Origin: a virus
Direction: 5' to 3' (one strand)
DNA: 64,000 nucleotides
IMG/VR virus record: IMGVR_UViG_3300008255_000101
Span: 64,001-128,000 of that record
A program made the translations under genes and the position numbers. Below the pieces are notes generated by a model. That model did not search any database. It saw nothing but the letters and a program-made list of their open reading frames with translations, and was not told the origin of the DNA. Positions 41,280 to 50,176 of this stretch are shown in pieces (the stretch's first letter is position 1; every line of letters begins with the position of its first letter).

Positions 41280-42188
41280 TTAGCTGAAAACAGCTGACAC
41301 GTTGGGAGTAGAACCCCAGAGAGAATCAAGAATGTCGTCGGAGGATCCGGCAGAAGCCTTTTTGACCATCGAGCTGGTCAAGGAAGCAGCGGCAGGTTCC
41401 ACAGCACTGAAAATGGATTCCAAAGCGTCATCGCCATGGGAAGAAGCAGTCTTGGCAGAAGCCTCAACAATGTTTTCTTTTCCCATTTCGATTTCGGGTT
41501 CGGGCTCAGGAGCGGGTTCGTCACCATCGGGCTCAGGAGCGGGAGCAGGTTCGGTAGCGGCTTGGGCCATGGCCATCACCACGTCGGTCAACTTGGCGAG
41601 CTTGTCTTCGAGAGCGGCCATCTTGTCTTCAGCTTCTTTGGCTTCAGGAGCTTCTTCAGTCTCGGGAGCTTTAGGAGCTTCGTCACCGTCGGGCTCACCT
41701 TCACCGGCAGCTTTAGGAGCTTCAGGAGCTTCAGGTTCGTCGGCAGCGGAAGTCACGCTCAAAGCCAAAGAGGCTTGGCGAGAAAGCACACCGTCAATGG
41801 CGGAGTCGGGGAGGAACATGAGATCGGAAGAGTTAGCGATCAGAGCTTCTTGGCTTGCACCAGGCAGCATACGCTCGGAGGCGATCATGCACTTGGCTGC
41901 GTGTTCACGCATCTGGCTGGATTGCTTGATGGCTTGAGCGAAGGCCATGCGGATTTCACCGAGATTCATCTCGTTGCGCTTGGCATCTTCGGTATTGAGT
42001 TTTGCAGTTTCTTGCGTGGAGATCGGATCTTCCTTCCATGAAGAAGTGTCGCCGGTCTGGTATTCCTTTTGGAATGTTTCACCGGATCCGTTACCGCCGC
42101 GCTTGGCTTCATCGGGGCGTGCACCATTCATGGTGTACACGTCGTTGACTTCCCCCGCCTTCTTGTCTGTAAGCCTAGTTCTTTCCAT
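41280..42188 (-). CDS. Capsid scaffolding protein
   Basis: E/A/P-rich helical protein between protease and decoration genes. GAGG RBS before MERTRL. C-terminal LDSLWGSTPNVSAVF. Confidence 0.7.
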   Translation of the reverse strand: MERTRLTDKKAGEVNDVYTMNGARPDEAKRGGNGSGETFQKEYQTGDTSSWKEDPISTQETAKLNTEDAKRNEMNLGEIRMAFAQAIKQSSQMREHAAKCMIASERMLPGASQEALIANSSDLMFLPDSAIDGVLSRQASLALSVTSAADEPEAPEAPKAAGEGEPDGDEAPKAPETEEAPEAKEAEDKMAALEDKLAKLTDVVMAMAQAATEPAPAPEPDGDEPAPEPEPEIEMGKENIVEASAKTASSHGDDALESIFSAVEPAAASLTSSMVKKASAGSSDDILDSLWGSTPNVSAVFS

Positions 42189-42324
42189 TTGAGTATCCTC
42201 TTGGGTTCTGATTTTGTTCATCCCCCTCGCGGCTGGAATGCCCTGCGGGGACCAAGTCACTTCCTCTGCGTTTACATCAAATTCTGCTGTAGACTCATAA
42301 GGAATTTTCGAAGTTTTCGATATG

Positions 42325-42337
42325 ATTAATAGATTAT
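42325..42337 (-). promoter_or_regulatory. Putative late promoter motif for the scaffold-decoration-MCP operon
   Basis: ATAATCTATTAAT. Confidence 0.7.
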
Positions 42338-42373
42338 CAGTTCTGGTAAAATTTCTGGTAAAAGACCGCTAGG

Positions 42374-44008
42374 CTAGATACCGTCTAGGATGGCGGGCCA
42401 TGTCCGTAAAACTTTTTTCTCGTGGTCCGAGGGACGCCTTACGTTGTCAAGAACAAATTTCAGCATATAATCCTTGTCAACGGGTCCTTTATGGTCCACA
42501 ACGTGTTGCACCACATCGTCACCCACGGGCTGTCCGTTCCTGCGTTCATCCACAAATCGAAGTACAGCGGCGGCATCCTTTCGTGTGAACCCCAGCTTAG
42601 AGATATCAGACAATTTGGGTACTGAGGCCATGGCCATTAGGGACGCGGCAAGCTTCACATTCTGGATCTTGGTGACGTCCACTGAGTACTTGTCTTGCAA
42701 GTACCTGGCAGTGTTGTGAGATGACGCCTCTTTCACCAGAGAGTCCGACTGTCTGAAAATGCTTTCAGTGTCCGCATTGTCCTCGCCCACTTCTTCCGTA
42801 GGATTCTTATCCTTGAAGGCTTCGTTGACCTGGTCCATGAGCTGTTGCTTGATCTGAAGCATAAGCCCGTCTTGAATTTCCTTTTTAATGGAATCCAAAG
42901 GAGTGGCCTGTGCTTCCTCAGGTGTAGTCTGGGGGTCAGCGGGGTCAGCGGCGGCATCTTCCCCGAATAGGCTATCGGCGCCAGCACCAGCATCTCCACC
43001 GGCACCTGCTTCAGGTTCAGGGAAATCTGCGTCGCTCTTACCCTCAGCAGGAGCCTCAGCAGGCTCACCAAATCTGGCGGAGGAGTCGTCCTCACCTTCA
43101 GCTATCTTCATAGAAGCGGCTTTAGCAAAAGCAGACACATCATGGTGCTCAGTTTTGATTACTTCGCGGGACTTAACATTCTCCATGAGGGGGTCGCCCG
43201 TTCCGCGAGCGGCAGCTTTAGCGGCCTGGTACACAGCCTTGGGAGGAGACACGATGTTACGTATCACAGCACCAGGGAACGCAGGCTTGCGGACCCAGGA
43301 GGCATCAATGAATGTGACACTCGACGGGTCCTTCTTGTCACCGCAGATCTCGGCGATGATTCGCTTGTTCCCGTTATCATCGTAGAAAGTGTTTCTACGG
43401 TAGAAACGGATATGCTCACAATGTTCGGATTCGTCTTTGGCCGTCTTACCACAACGACTACAGGTTGAGTACTGTATGAGGCAGCCCATACTAACGGCGT
43501 TGTACTCACCGGTCAGGATCTTGTTACAAATGTCAGGGTATTCCCAGCTGGTAGCGATCAACAGATCCACATACAGAGTGGTGAGGGGGTTGCCACGGGA
43601 ATCTAGTCCCAGATCGACTTCCCTGATGGCCGCGTCAATAACTTTACCCTTGGAGTGTTCCGGCAGCTGGACATGCTCAACATAGTTGTTGGCGCCCACG
43701 AAAGTCTTGTAGGTGGCTGCAAGAAGATCTCTTTCCCAGCAGTCTCCATTATTGTTCACAAAGATGCTGTGCTCTGGCTTGATGAGGTAGGCAGACTTGG
43801 GGTCTCCTGACTTAGCTTCTTCCAGATCCACGGAAGCCATGATAGTGACGTGAGAAAGGAGCCACTTAGACGGATCGTACTTTGACAAGGCCTCTGAAGC
43901 AGTCTTGACCTGGCCCCCTGAACGATTCCTGGATGTAGCGTTCACCCATTTACTGGCATTTACTCGGGGAGTAACCAGAAGGGCTTTACTTTCTTTTCTC
44001 ATTGCCAT
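42374..44008 (-). CDS. Prohead (capsid maturation) protease
   Basis: NNNGD, NNYVEH..KGKVIDA, VSMGC, CSRC...CEH insert, FIDASWV..PAF, consistent with an HK97/assemblin-type serine protease. Position before scaffold and MCP. Confidence 0.75.
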   Translation of the reverse strand: MAMRKESKALLVTPRVNASKWVNATSRNRSGGQVKTASEALSKYDPSKWLLSHVTIMASVDLEEAKSGDPKSAYLIKPEHSIFVNNNGDCWERDLLAATYKTFVGANNYVEHVQLPEHSKGKVIDAAIREVDLGLDSRGNPLTTLYVDLLIATSWEYPDICNKILTGEYNAVSMGCLIQYSTCSRCGKTAKDESEHCEHIRFYRRNTFYDDNGNKRIIAEICGDKKDPSSVTFIDASWVRKPAFPGAVIRNIVSPPKAVYQAAKAAARGTGDPLMENVKSREVIKTEHHDVSAFAKAASMKIAEGEDDSSARFGEPAEAPAEGKSDADFPEPEAGAGGDAGAGADSLFGEDAAADPADPQTTPEEAQATPLDSIKKEIQDGLMLQIKQQLMDQVNEAFKDKNPTEEVGEDNADTESIFRQSDSLVKEASSHNTARYLQDKYSVDVTKIQNVKLAASLMAMASVPKLSDISKLGFTRKDAAAVLRFVDERRNGQPVGDDVVQHVVDHKGPVDKDYMLKFVLDNVRRPSDHEKKVLRTWPAILDGI

Positions 44009-44012
44009 GGTA

Positions 44013-44162
44013 TTATTTCTCTTCTTTGTTTTCTTCCTCTACACCAACTTCTTTACCCATGGCGCCATTTTGCTTGGCGGGGATACCCGTGTTCTTGATC
44101 CGACCCCAGCTGGGGTTGGTGGACACGGGGGAAATCGATGCGCCTCTCTTAATCATTGCCAT
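44013..44162 (-). CDS. Small 49-aa ORF (not in ORF track)
   Basis: AGGAGG RBS. MAMIKRGASISPVSTNPSWG...EEENKEEK. Ends just before the protease ATG at 44008. Confidence 0.6.
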   Translation of the reverse strand: MAMIKRGASISPVSTNPSWGRIKNTGIPAKQNGAMGKEVGVEEENKEEK

Positions 44163-44175
44163 GAGAAGCCTCCTG

Positions 44176-44745
44176 TTATTCTTCGTTGTATTCCTGGGTA
44201 AGGGCTTGCTTGATCAAGCTGTCACTCAGATAGGAACCGTGTTTGTCGTACATGATGTCGTAAGCCTGCATGGCCGTTTTGCCAGCACTTCTCAGGGAAG
44301 CGGCTTCGTCCATCACAGTGTTGGCGACGCGAAGGGCATGCTGGGCAGTCAGGTCATCAGCGTTCTTACGGAACGACGCCATCTTGTTGTGCATGTCCAC
44401 CATAGCCTCGAAGCTGCGAGCGACCACAGATGCGGCCTTTTCACGGAAAGACGGGGTCATGGTGCCAAATGTCTCGGCGGACATTTGCTTGTCGTAAGAG
44501 TCGTACCCGTTGTCTTCCTGCACCACGGACATACCCTGGAACTTGGGTACCAGGATTAATTCTTCGGGGGCATGTTGCTGGGTTTCTCCGATGGGCCATG
44601 TCACCCAGACCTTATAGGTCTTGGGGCTTACGGCTACGACTTTTCCCACATAAGGGGAAACATCGGTAGAGCTGGTGAACCAACGTACGTTGTCGCCCAC
44701 CTTGAAGTCCTCAGCGGCAACTGAGATAGGGTATAAAGCGGCCAT
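44176..44745 (-). CDS. SH3-like barrel + helical head-associated protein
   Basis: FKVGDNVRW...YVGKVVAV..KVWVTWP. Confidence 0.6.
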   Translation of the reverse strand: MAALYPISVAAEDFKVGDNVRWFTSSTDVSPYVGKVVAVSPKTYKVWVTWPIGETQQHAPEELILVPKFQGMSVVQEDNGYDSYDKQMSAETFGTMTPSFREKAASVVARSFEAMVDMHNKMASFRKNADDLTAQHALRVANTVMDEAASLRSAGKTAMQAYDIMYDKHGSYLSDSLIKQALTQEYNEE

Positions 44746-44817
44746 GATCACTCCACGGGCTGAAATTCTAAGGCATACCACACCCTAGGTGCAGCATTAT
44801 TCAAATTCCGGTGGACG

Positions 44818-44830
44818 ATTAAGAGATTAT
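44818..44830 (-). promoter_or_regulatory. Putative late promoter motif
   Basis: ATAATCTCTTAAT. Confidence 0.7.
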
Positions 44831-44835
44831 AAGTA

Positions 44836-45429
44836 CTAGGAGTACTTGTGCTGTGTTCTGTTCAAGAAGTGCATCAAAGTCCCGTAGCGCTTGGCAGGCT
44901 TGGGGGCTACCCTATCTGCTTCCATACTGGCCGCTGGGACATTGTTTTCCTGGTCCTTACGGAAGGCTTCCAGTACCACATCCATTTCACGTAGGACCTG
45001 ATCCTCTTGGCCCCGCGGCATGGATGCTGATATGCTGTGGACGAAGTCCATAACCTTGTCTCCCCGTGTGGGGTCATCCATATGAACAGAGCGTGCCACG
45101 GTCCTGAGGTCTTCCAGAAGTTTTCCCCATCGACTTAGCAGGTGCTTCAGGCCCTGCAGTTTGTGGGAGTCGTCCAGAGTATCAATGTCCTTGACTTCTT
45201 TGCGAATGACATCTAGGGCTCCAGGTATGTCGGCACCAACTAATTGGCTTACAAAGGTACCGCGAGCCTCTTCGCTCATTACGGGGTTGTTGCGGATATC
45301 CAAAAAGGAGGTTAGGTTACCGGCAGTTTTTTCCGCAGGTCCCTCTAAGTTAGCAGCAGCCAGCAGAAGGTCGTACCCTTCCATTTCCTTTTTCTTAGCC
45401 TCGATGAGGTTACTCAGATTCGCAAACAT
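44836..45429 (-). CDS. Helical hypothetical (putative head) protein
   Basis: 197 aa with EKTAG. Late motif upstream. Confidence 0.55.
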   Translation of the reverse strand: MFANLSNLIEAKKKEMEGYDLLLAAANLEGPAEKTAGNLTSFLDIRNNPVMSEEARGTFVSQLVGADIPGALDVIRKEVKDIDTLDDSHKLQGLKHLLSRWGKLLEDLRTVARSVHMDDPTRGDKVMDFVHSISASMPRGQEDQVLREMDVVLEAFRKDQENNVPAASMEADRVAPKPAKRYGTLMHFLNRTQHKYS

Positions 45430-45463
45430 AAGCTATTCCCTATTTTTAGGACCTACACAGGCT

Positions 45464-45476
45464 ATTAATAGGTTAT
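45464..45476 (-). promoter_or_regulatory. Putative late promoter motif
   Basis: ATAACCTATTAAT. Confidence 0.65.
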
Positions 45477-45521
45477 AAACCGGTGGGTACTTTATATGCT
45501 TGGGTATCGGAGGATACCCCT

Positions 45522-46022
45522 ATGGCCTTAGAACAAACAATCACTTCTGCTGAGTGGGAGACTCTTTTAGGTCTGTACGTGGATACGTATGGCTTGGACA
45601 GGAAAGCTACTCCTGCGGAGGCCCTTTATTCCGAGACCACATCACTAGGGGTAGTGGACCCTGTGTTCCCCGTTTTAGCTGGGCACATTTGGCCAGGAGA
45701 GGAGACCCCCGACAGACCTGAGACGTTCGGGCACCTGTTGGAAGGTATTGCAGCATGGGTTAGTAACAGAAGCTGTACGGACTACATCCCCCTGCGTGCC
45801 AAACAGTTAACCAATTGCAGTGAAGTCCTGAACAGGCCCCTTACGGACATGGTGTTCTTTATTCACAAAAACCGGGAGGCCAATACCAACTACAACAACA
45901 TGATGGAAAGCATGCGAGAACAAGCTGACCTAGGTCTCGGTCTGGGAATCCCTGCGAACGAGCTGTGGCCCATGAGGTCTGAAAAAGTTATCGCCATGTG
46001 GCGGATCAAGATCGGAAAGTGA
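45522..46022 (+). CDS. Hypothetical protein, WRxKIGK paralog 1
   Basis: GGAGG RBS. Ends VIAMWRIKIGK. Confidence 0.65.
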   Translation: MALEQTITSAEWETLLGLYVDTYGLDRKATPAEALYSETTSLGVVDPVFPVLAGHIWPGEETPDRPETFGHLLEGIAAWVSNRSCTDYIPLRAKQLTNCSEVLNRPLTDMVFFIHKNREANTNYNNMMESMREQADLGLGLGIPANELWPMRSEKVIAMWRIKIGK

Positions 46023-46233
46023 TCAGATCAGCTAGGACCTCATCACTGTGCTGCCGGATGCCATTGACCTCTTGCTCGGTCACGCCCTCGGGGTAGTGCA
46101 CACCATTTTCGTGAAGGTATTTCACCAAACCGTCCAGGGACCCAGGTGAGACCAGGAAAGTTAAGGCCCTGCTGCCATCTATCCTGATCACGTGACCGTC
46201 AGGCATTACTTCACGAACTTCTTTACTCACCAT
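46006..46233 (-). CDS. Hypothetical protein
   Basis: 75-aa ORF. Confidence 0.45.
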   Translation of the reverse strand: MVSKEVREVMPDGHVIRIDGSRALTFLVSPGSLDGLVKYLHENGVHYPEGVTEQEVNGIRQHSDEVLADLITFRS

Positions 46234-46334
46234 ATGGATAAGACCCCTTTTTGAACTTTTTCAATATACAATTTCTTTTCCTGTTATTTAATGGATCAGG
46301 GGTTATATACTGTTAGTAGAGAGAGGATAGTTCT

Positions 46335-46814
46335 ATGGGAAAGCTACTTACAAAAAACGACATAGACCTACTGGTCCGCATGTATGAAGAAGCCTCCCAC
46401 GCTAGTTGGAGTGAGATCCACTACATGTCACGGGAGAAACGGTTCGATTTCAACTTCCACTATTTTTCCAACGACATAGCAGTCATTCTGAATCTATTTG
46501 AGGGGGTCTCATTCCACTCCACGGGTATCATGTACGTGTCCGAGCTCGCCAATCCCGTTCACCATGCTTTGGCTAGACTGGACGGATGCTCCCTACCTGA
46601 AGAGGCTAAGCTTGCCAGGGAAGAGAGGAAGCTCATGGTGCGCCTTTTAAAATCCCCTCTGCCCACCGCTATCGAATACCTCAGCCACGAGTCCTTTGAC
46701 CCTGCGGACTACCGGGGCCGCCTACAGATGGGTACAACCAGAACCCCCGTGCGTCCTGGGAATTTATCACACATTGCCTTAGTGGCTGCCTGGAGAGTTA
46801 AAATTGGAAAATAG
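46335..46814 (+). CDS. Hypothetical protein, WRxKIGK paralog 2
   Basis: GAGG RBS. Ends LVAAWRVKIGK. Confidence 0.65.
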   Translation: MGKLLTKNDIDLLVRMYEEASHASWSEIHYMSREKRFDFNFHYFSNDIAVILNLFEGVSFHSTGIMYVSELANPVHHALARLDGCSLPEEAKLAREERKLMVRLLKSPLPTAIEYLSHESFDPADYRGRLQMGTTRTPVRPGNLSHIALVAAWRVKIGK

Positions 46815-46849
46815 AAAAGCTCCCCGCTTTCACGAGGAGCTTGACTTTT
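46815..46849. terminator. Probable bidirectional terminator
   Basis: AAGCTCC...GGAGCTT hairpin between convergent genes. Confidence 0.55.
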
Positions 46850-46859
46850 ATCAGTAATG

Positions 46860-47627
46860 TCACCCTAAAGCGTTGTAGGCATTTCTGAAATTGTTTGTGT
46901 ACCCTCTTAGGGTATTTACGAACTGCAAGAAGTTGGGACCCTTCCACCGATCGATTTTTCCGGCCATGTCTATGATGTTGGCAAAAAGCTCCAGAGCCTT
47001 CTTGGCCTGAGGGATCTTGTTAGGATCCTTCTGAGCGAAGGTCTTCTTTCCAAATTCTAGCAAAGAGGCATCCGTCTTGTACAGAGAGGGGAAGTCCTTC
47101 AGGAACATACGGAGTTCGTTCATTTCCTGGGGGTTAGCTCCTTTCTCATTCTGGATTCGATTAGCCAAGTTCTGCATAGCTGCTTCGTAGTTAAGAGCAC
47201 CGCCCGCTGCGGGAGGAGCCCCGTTACGAAGGGCCACCAGGGACCCCCAAGCTTTCTTAACCAGATCCTGCCAGTAGGCCTTATGTCCTGGATCGCTGTT
47301 CTTAGCCACGATCTCGGCCTGATCCAATGGCTCGGTGAGAGACTTCTCGAAGTTGGTACCGTAGTCGGCTTCCTTGGATTCTTCTCCACCTTCGTCCAAC
47401 ACATTTAGGGCGGCCAACTGCTTAACCTTATTGGCTATCAAAGCTTGCAGAACTTCTCCTGATGGTATCCCCATGGAGAGATCCACGCTTTGTTCGAAAG
47501 CGAGGCATTCCTCTAGGGCACCTAGGGCCTGTAACTCAGCTTGCTTAGAAGCCATAGCTTCCTGGATGTCGGGTATACCCGCCAGGGCTGCCAAGATTAC
47601 TCTGTGTTGGTCACTTTTTACGGACAT
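46860..47627 (-). CDS. Putative internal head protein
   Basis: Helical, with an internal repeat ELQALGALEE / KQLAALNVLDE. Confidence 0.5.
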   Translation of the reverse strand: MSVKSDQHRVILAALAGIPDIQEAMASKQAELQALGALEECLAFEQSVDLSMGIPSGEVLQALIANKVKQLAALNVLDEGGEESKEADYGTNFEKSLTEPLDQAEIVAKNSDPGHKAYWQDLVKKAWGSLVALRNGAPPAAGGALNYEAAMQNLANRIQNEKGANPQEMNELRMFLKDFPSLYKTDASLLEFGKKTFAQKDPNKIPQAKKALELFANIIDMAGKIDRWKGPNFLQFVNTLRGYTNNFRNAYNALG

Positions 47628-47631
47628 GGTC

Positions 47632-48138
47632 TTACATCTTTTGGTAGGGAGCAGGATTCTTTACGAAGTTGGCTACTTCCACGGTGTCATCCGTTTCGAG
47701 CTTCTTGGCAAAAGGTTTGCCCTTGTCTTCAGAGGGAATTTCCACGACACCGTCGCGGAAGAACTGGTCCACCTCGGGTTCGGGGTCGACGAGGTCCTTC
47801 TCATACACGAAAGAGTTTTTGCGAACAGCCTCAGCAGCAAGCCTAAGCTCACCGGCCTGTACGCGGATTTCTTCCTTGTCGGACTTTTCCAACTCGGAGG
47901 CTACACTTTCCAGGATTTCCAAAGAGGCTGCTTTGTATTCGTCAGAAAGCATGAGGACCATGCCGCCTTCTTCAGGCTCTGCTTCGGGTTCGCCTTCCGT
48001 CACTACGGGCATGGGGTCACCTTCGACTCTCATGGCTCCGCCCTTCAGTAGGTCCTGTGCTTCAGAAAGTTTTTGCAAACCTTCCAGCTCAAGGGAAGCT
48101 GCCTTTTTCATTCTCTGGATGTCTTCTTGATTAAGCAT
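47632..48138 (-). CDS. Putative internal head protein
   Basis: Acidic. LESVASELE...ELRLAAEAVRKNS motif is shared with 48429..49520. Confidence 0.5.
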   Translation of the reverse strand: MLNQEDIQRMKKAASLELEGLQKLSEAQDLLKGGAMRVEGDPMPVVTEGEPEAEPEEGGMVLMLSDEYKAASLEILESVASELEKSDKEEIRVQAGELRLAAEAVRKNSFVYEKDLVDPEPEVDQFFRDGVVEIPSEDKGKPFAKKLETDDTVEVANFVKNPAPYQKM

Positions 48139-48151
48139 AGCTCTAATTCCT

Positions 48152-48427
48152 TTACTCGAAAGTATTCTCGCTGCCTTCACCGCTGGCAGACTTAGTCTTG
48201 GAGAACCCGTTGTAGGCCATGGCCATTCCGATGAATGCCAGGATACCCGTGTCGGGGCCAGCGCCGGTGATCATGTAGTGCTTACACATGATCACTAGGA
48301 TCACCAGAAGAGGAGCTCTCCCGATGGAAACCTTGCGTTTACCTGCAGGATTGGTGTCCGTGAACAGGGGGAGGAAACCTCCCAGTAGGCCAGTCACAGC
48401 CTTTATTGCTTTCTTGACCATTTCCAT
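48152..48427 (-). CDS. Small membrane protein, holin candidate
   Basis: About 91 aa with 2-3 hydrophobic segments, KVSIGR motif, charged C-terminus, dual Met start (MEM). Confidence 0.5.
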   Translation of the reverse strand: MEMVKKAIKAVTGLLGGFLPLFTDTNPAGKRKVSIGRAPLLVILVIMCKHYMITGAGPDTGILAFIGMAMAYNGFSKTKSASGEGSENTFE

Positions 48428-48428
48428 G

Positions 48429-49520
48429 TTAGGCCTCCGCTTTACCCATAGGGGCATCTTTATGTGATTCGATGAGCTTCATCAGCTCCTCGTAGTAGTT
48501 TTTGGTATCCAATATGGAGTTCACCAAGCGAGTGGCGCGCTCATAATCCTGAGGGTTCCACAGATTCTTGAACATGTCCCTGTTGGCTGGGTTAAGAAGA
48601 AATTCCTTCTGGATTTTTTTGGCAGTGGGGTTTGGTTCCCATCCTGCACCGGCCTTATGCCATTCTTCGATAAGCTGAATGAGCCAGGGAAAATTCTTCT
48701 GGATATCGGTGTCGTCCGGGTTAGACGGACGATTTTCTTCACCAGGCTGGTCTGAGGGACCGGTGCCCGGGCTGAAAAAGGATTCTTTCTCCAAGGTATT
48801 CGCCACAGCGTCCAGTTTGGCGGCGAGAGCCTCCATACCAGCGTCCTGGATGCTACCGGCTACTTTATCCAGCTGGCCAAGGATAGATGACAAAATCACA
48901 GTGTCGCCCTTGCTAAGCATTTTCTTGACGGTAGCACGTTGACGTCCGCTCATCTGGGAGACAGCTTTATTGGTCTGACCGCTGGACTGCTGCTGGGCCC
49001 GTCCGCTTGGTTTAAGCTTAACTACCACGCCCTTCTTGGGCGGAGCGACGGGAGCGGCTTCCGCTGCCATTTTACTCATCTCATCAGGGGTCTGTCCGTT
49101 CTTGTTGGTAAACTCCATGTTCTGGTCTTCCTTTTCTTCCACCTTCTTTTCTTCAGAAGGGGTCAAGAGTTTGTCCACCATATCCGCTAAGAGAGTGGAG
49201 GTACTAGCGCTGACCTTGCTTTGCCACTTACCTTCGTCCATGCTTCCTATGGCCATGGAGACGGCTGAGTTTACGGCGGCCACACGATTATCTTCCAAGA
49301 GATCTTTGTCCACACAGTTCAAAGCGAACTTAGCGAGCTTCTCCATATCGTCATCGGTGATCTCGTAGGCCTGGGTCTCTTTCTCACGGGAGTCCCCGCG
49401 GTTGACCACTTCTTCAATCACAGGTTGTTTCTCGTAAAAGAAATAATCCTGAGCGTTGTTCTTAACCTCAGGGTGCTGCTCCAGAATGTTTTCGTCTTTC
49501 TTGCTCATGGTTCGACCCAT
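48429..49520 (-). CDS. Putative internal head protein
   Basis: LDKVAGSIQDAGMEALAAKLDAVANTLEKES helical hairpin motif. Confidence 0.5.
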   Translation of the reverse strand: MGRTMSKKDENILEQHPEVKNNAQDYFFYEKQPVIEEVVNRGDSREKETQAYEITDDDMEKLAKFALNCVDKDLLEDNRVAAVNSAVSMAIGSMDEGKWQSKVSASTSTLLADMVDKLLTPSEEKKVEEKEDQNMEFTNKNGQTPDEMSKMAAEAAPVAPPKKGVVVKLKPSGRAQQQSSGQTNKAVSQMSGRQRATVKKMLSKGDTVILSSILGQLDKVAGSIQDAGMEALAAKLDAVANTLEKESFFSPGTGPSDQPGEENRPSNPDDTDIQKNFPWLIQLIEEWHKAGAGWEPNPTAKKIQKEFLLNPANRDMFKNLWNPQDYERATRLVNSILDTKNYYEELMKLIESHKDAPMGKAEA

Positions 49521-49584
49521 CCGTGTATAAAGTTCTTATGCCTGGGGCCCTAGGACCGGCAGGCTTACCGATTCCTTGGGAACG

Positions 49585-49597
49585 ATTAAAAGATTAT
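49585..49597 (-). promoter_or_regulatory. Putative late promoter motif
   Basis: ATAATCTTTTAAT, overlapping the TAA of the upstream gene ending at 49594. Confidence 0.7.
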
Positions 49598-49905
49598 CCC
49601 AGCTGTTTTTTAACTTTTCCAGCAAATTGGCGTAGGACCTCTTCGCTCGCGAACCGAGACATGTCGGTGCTAGCTTTAGCCCCTATCGCGTCTTCTCCTG
49701 GAAATGACGAAACATCCGCCTCCAACCCTTCTCTCATCTTACTGAGATCGAACTGAAGCTTGTTGGCAGCACGCTGCTGCTTAAGCATCTCTTTCTTTAG
49801 GTCGTCGGAAGTTACAAGTTCTTCTGCATCCTTTTCAGAAAATGACTTCAGAGAGGTTTCCAGATTTTTAAGCTGGTTCATTAATTCCTGGTATAGCTCA
49901 TCCAT
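49594..49905 (-). CDS. Coiled-coil hypothetical protein
   Basis: Start MDELYQ overlaps the end of the upstream gene. Confidence 0.55.
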   Translation of the reverse strand: MDELYQELMNQLKNLETSLKSFSEKDAEELVTSDDLKKEMLKQQRAANKLQFDLSKMREGLEADVSSFPGEDAIGAKASTDMSRFASEEVLRQFAGKVKKQLG

Positions 49906-50176
49906 CTTGGCCTTCCTTGCTCTTCTTGGGTCCCTTAGGGATGTACCCATTTCCGTTTTCTTCCCGATACTCTTTTTGGTACTGGTTGCGGTACTCTCTC
50001 GTATCTGTCACATTGTTACTCTTGCGCCGTGGAGGCTTATCATTTGGCATTTTCAAAAACGGCTTTTCCTTCGTGGAAGAGCCGTCCTCCAATAACCGGG
50101 ATTCTTTGTTCTCCACCATTTCCTGAGCCAGCTTTCGTAGCTCGGACGCTATGATCAACTTCTTAGTCAATTCCAT
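49898..50176 (-). CDS. Small basic protein with IASELRKLAQE leader
   Basis: 92 aa directly downstream of the portal. Confidence 0.55.
   Translation of the reverse strand: MELTKKLIIASELRKLAQEMVENKESRLLEDGSSTKEKPFLKMPNDKPPRRKSNNVTDTREYRNQYQKEYREENGNGYIPKGPKKSKEGQDG

Noticed and set aside
39719-44559. Long plus-strand ORFs opposite the capsid, scaffold and protease genes
   Set aside because: Antisense ORFs are expected from the biased codon use of highly expressed genes. The translations are not protein-like and have no RBS.
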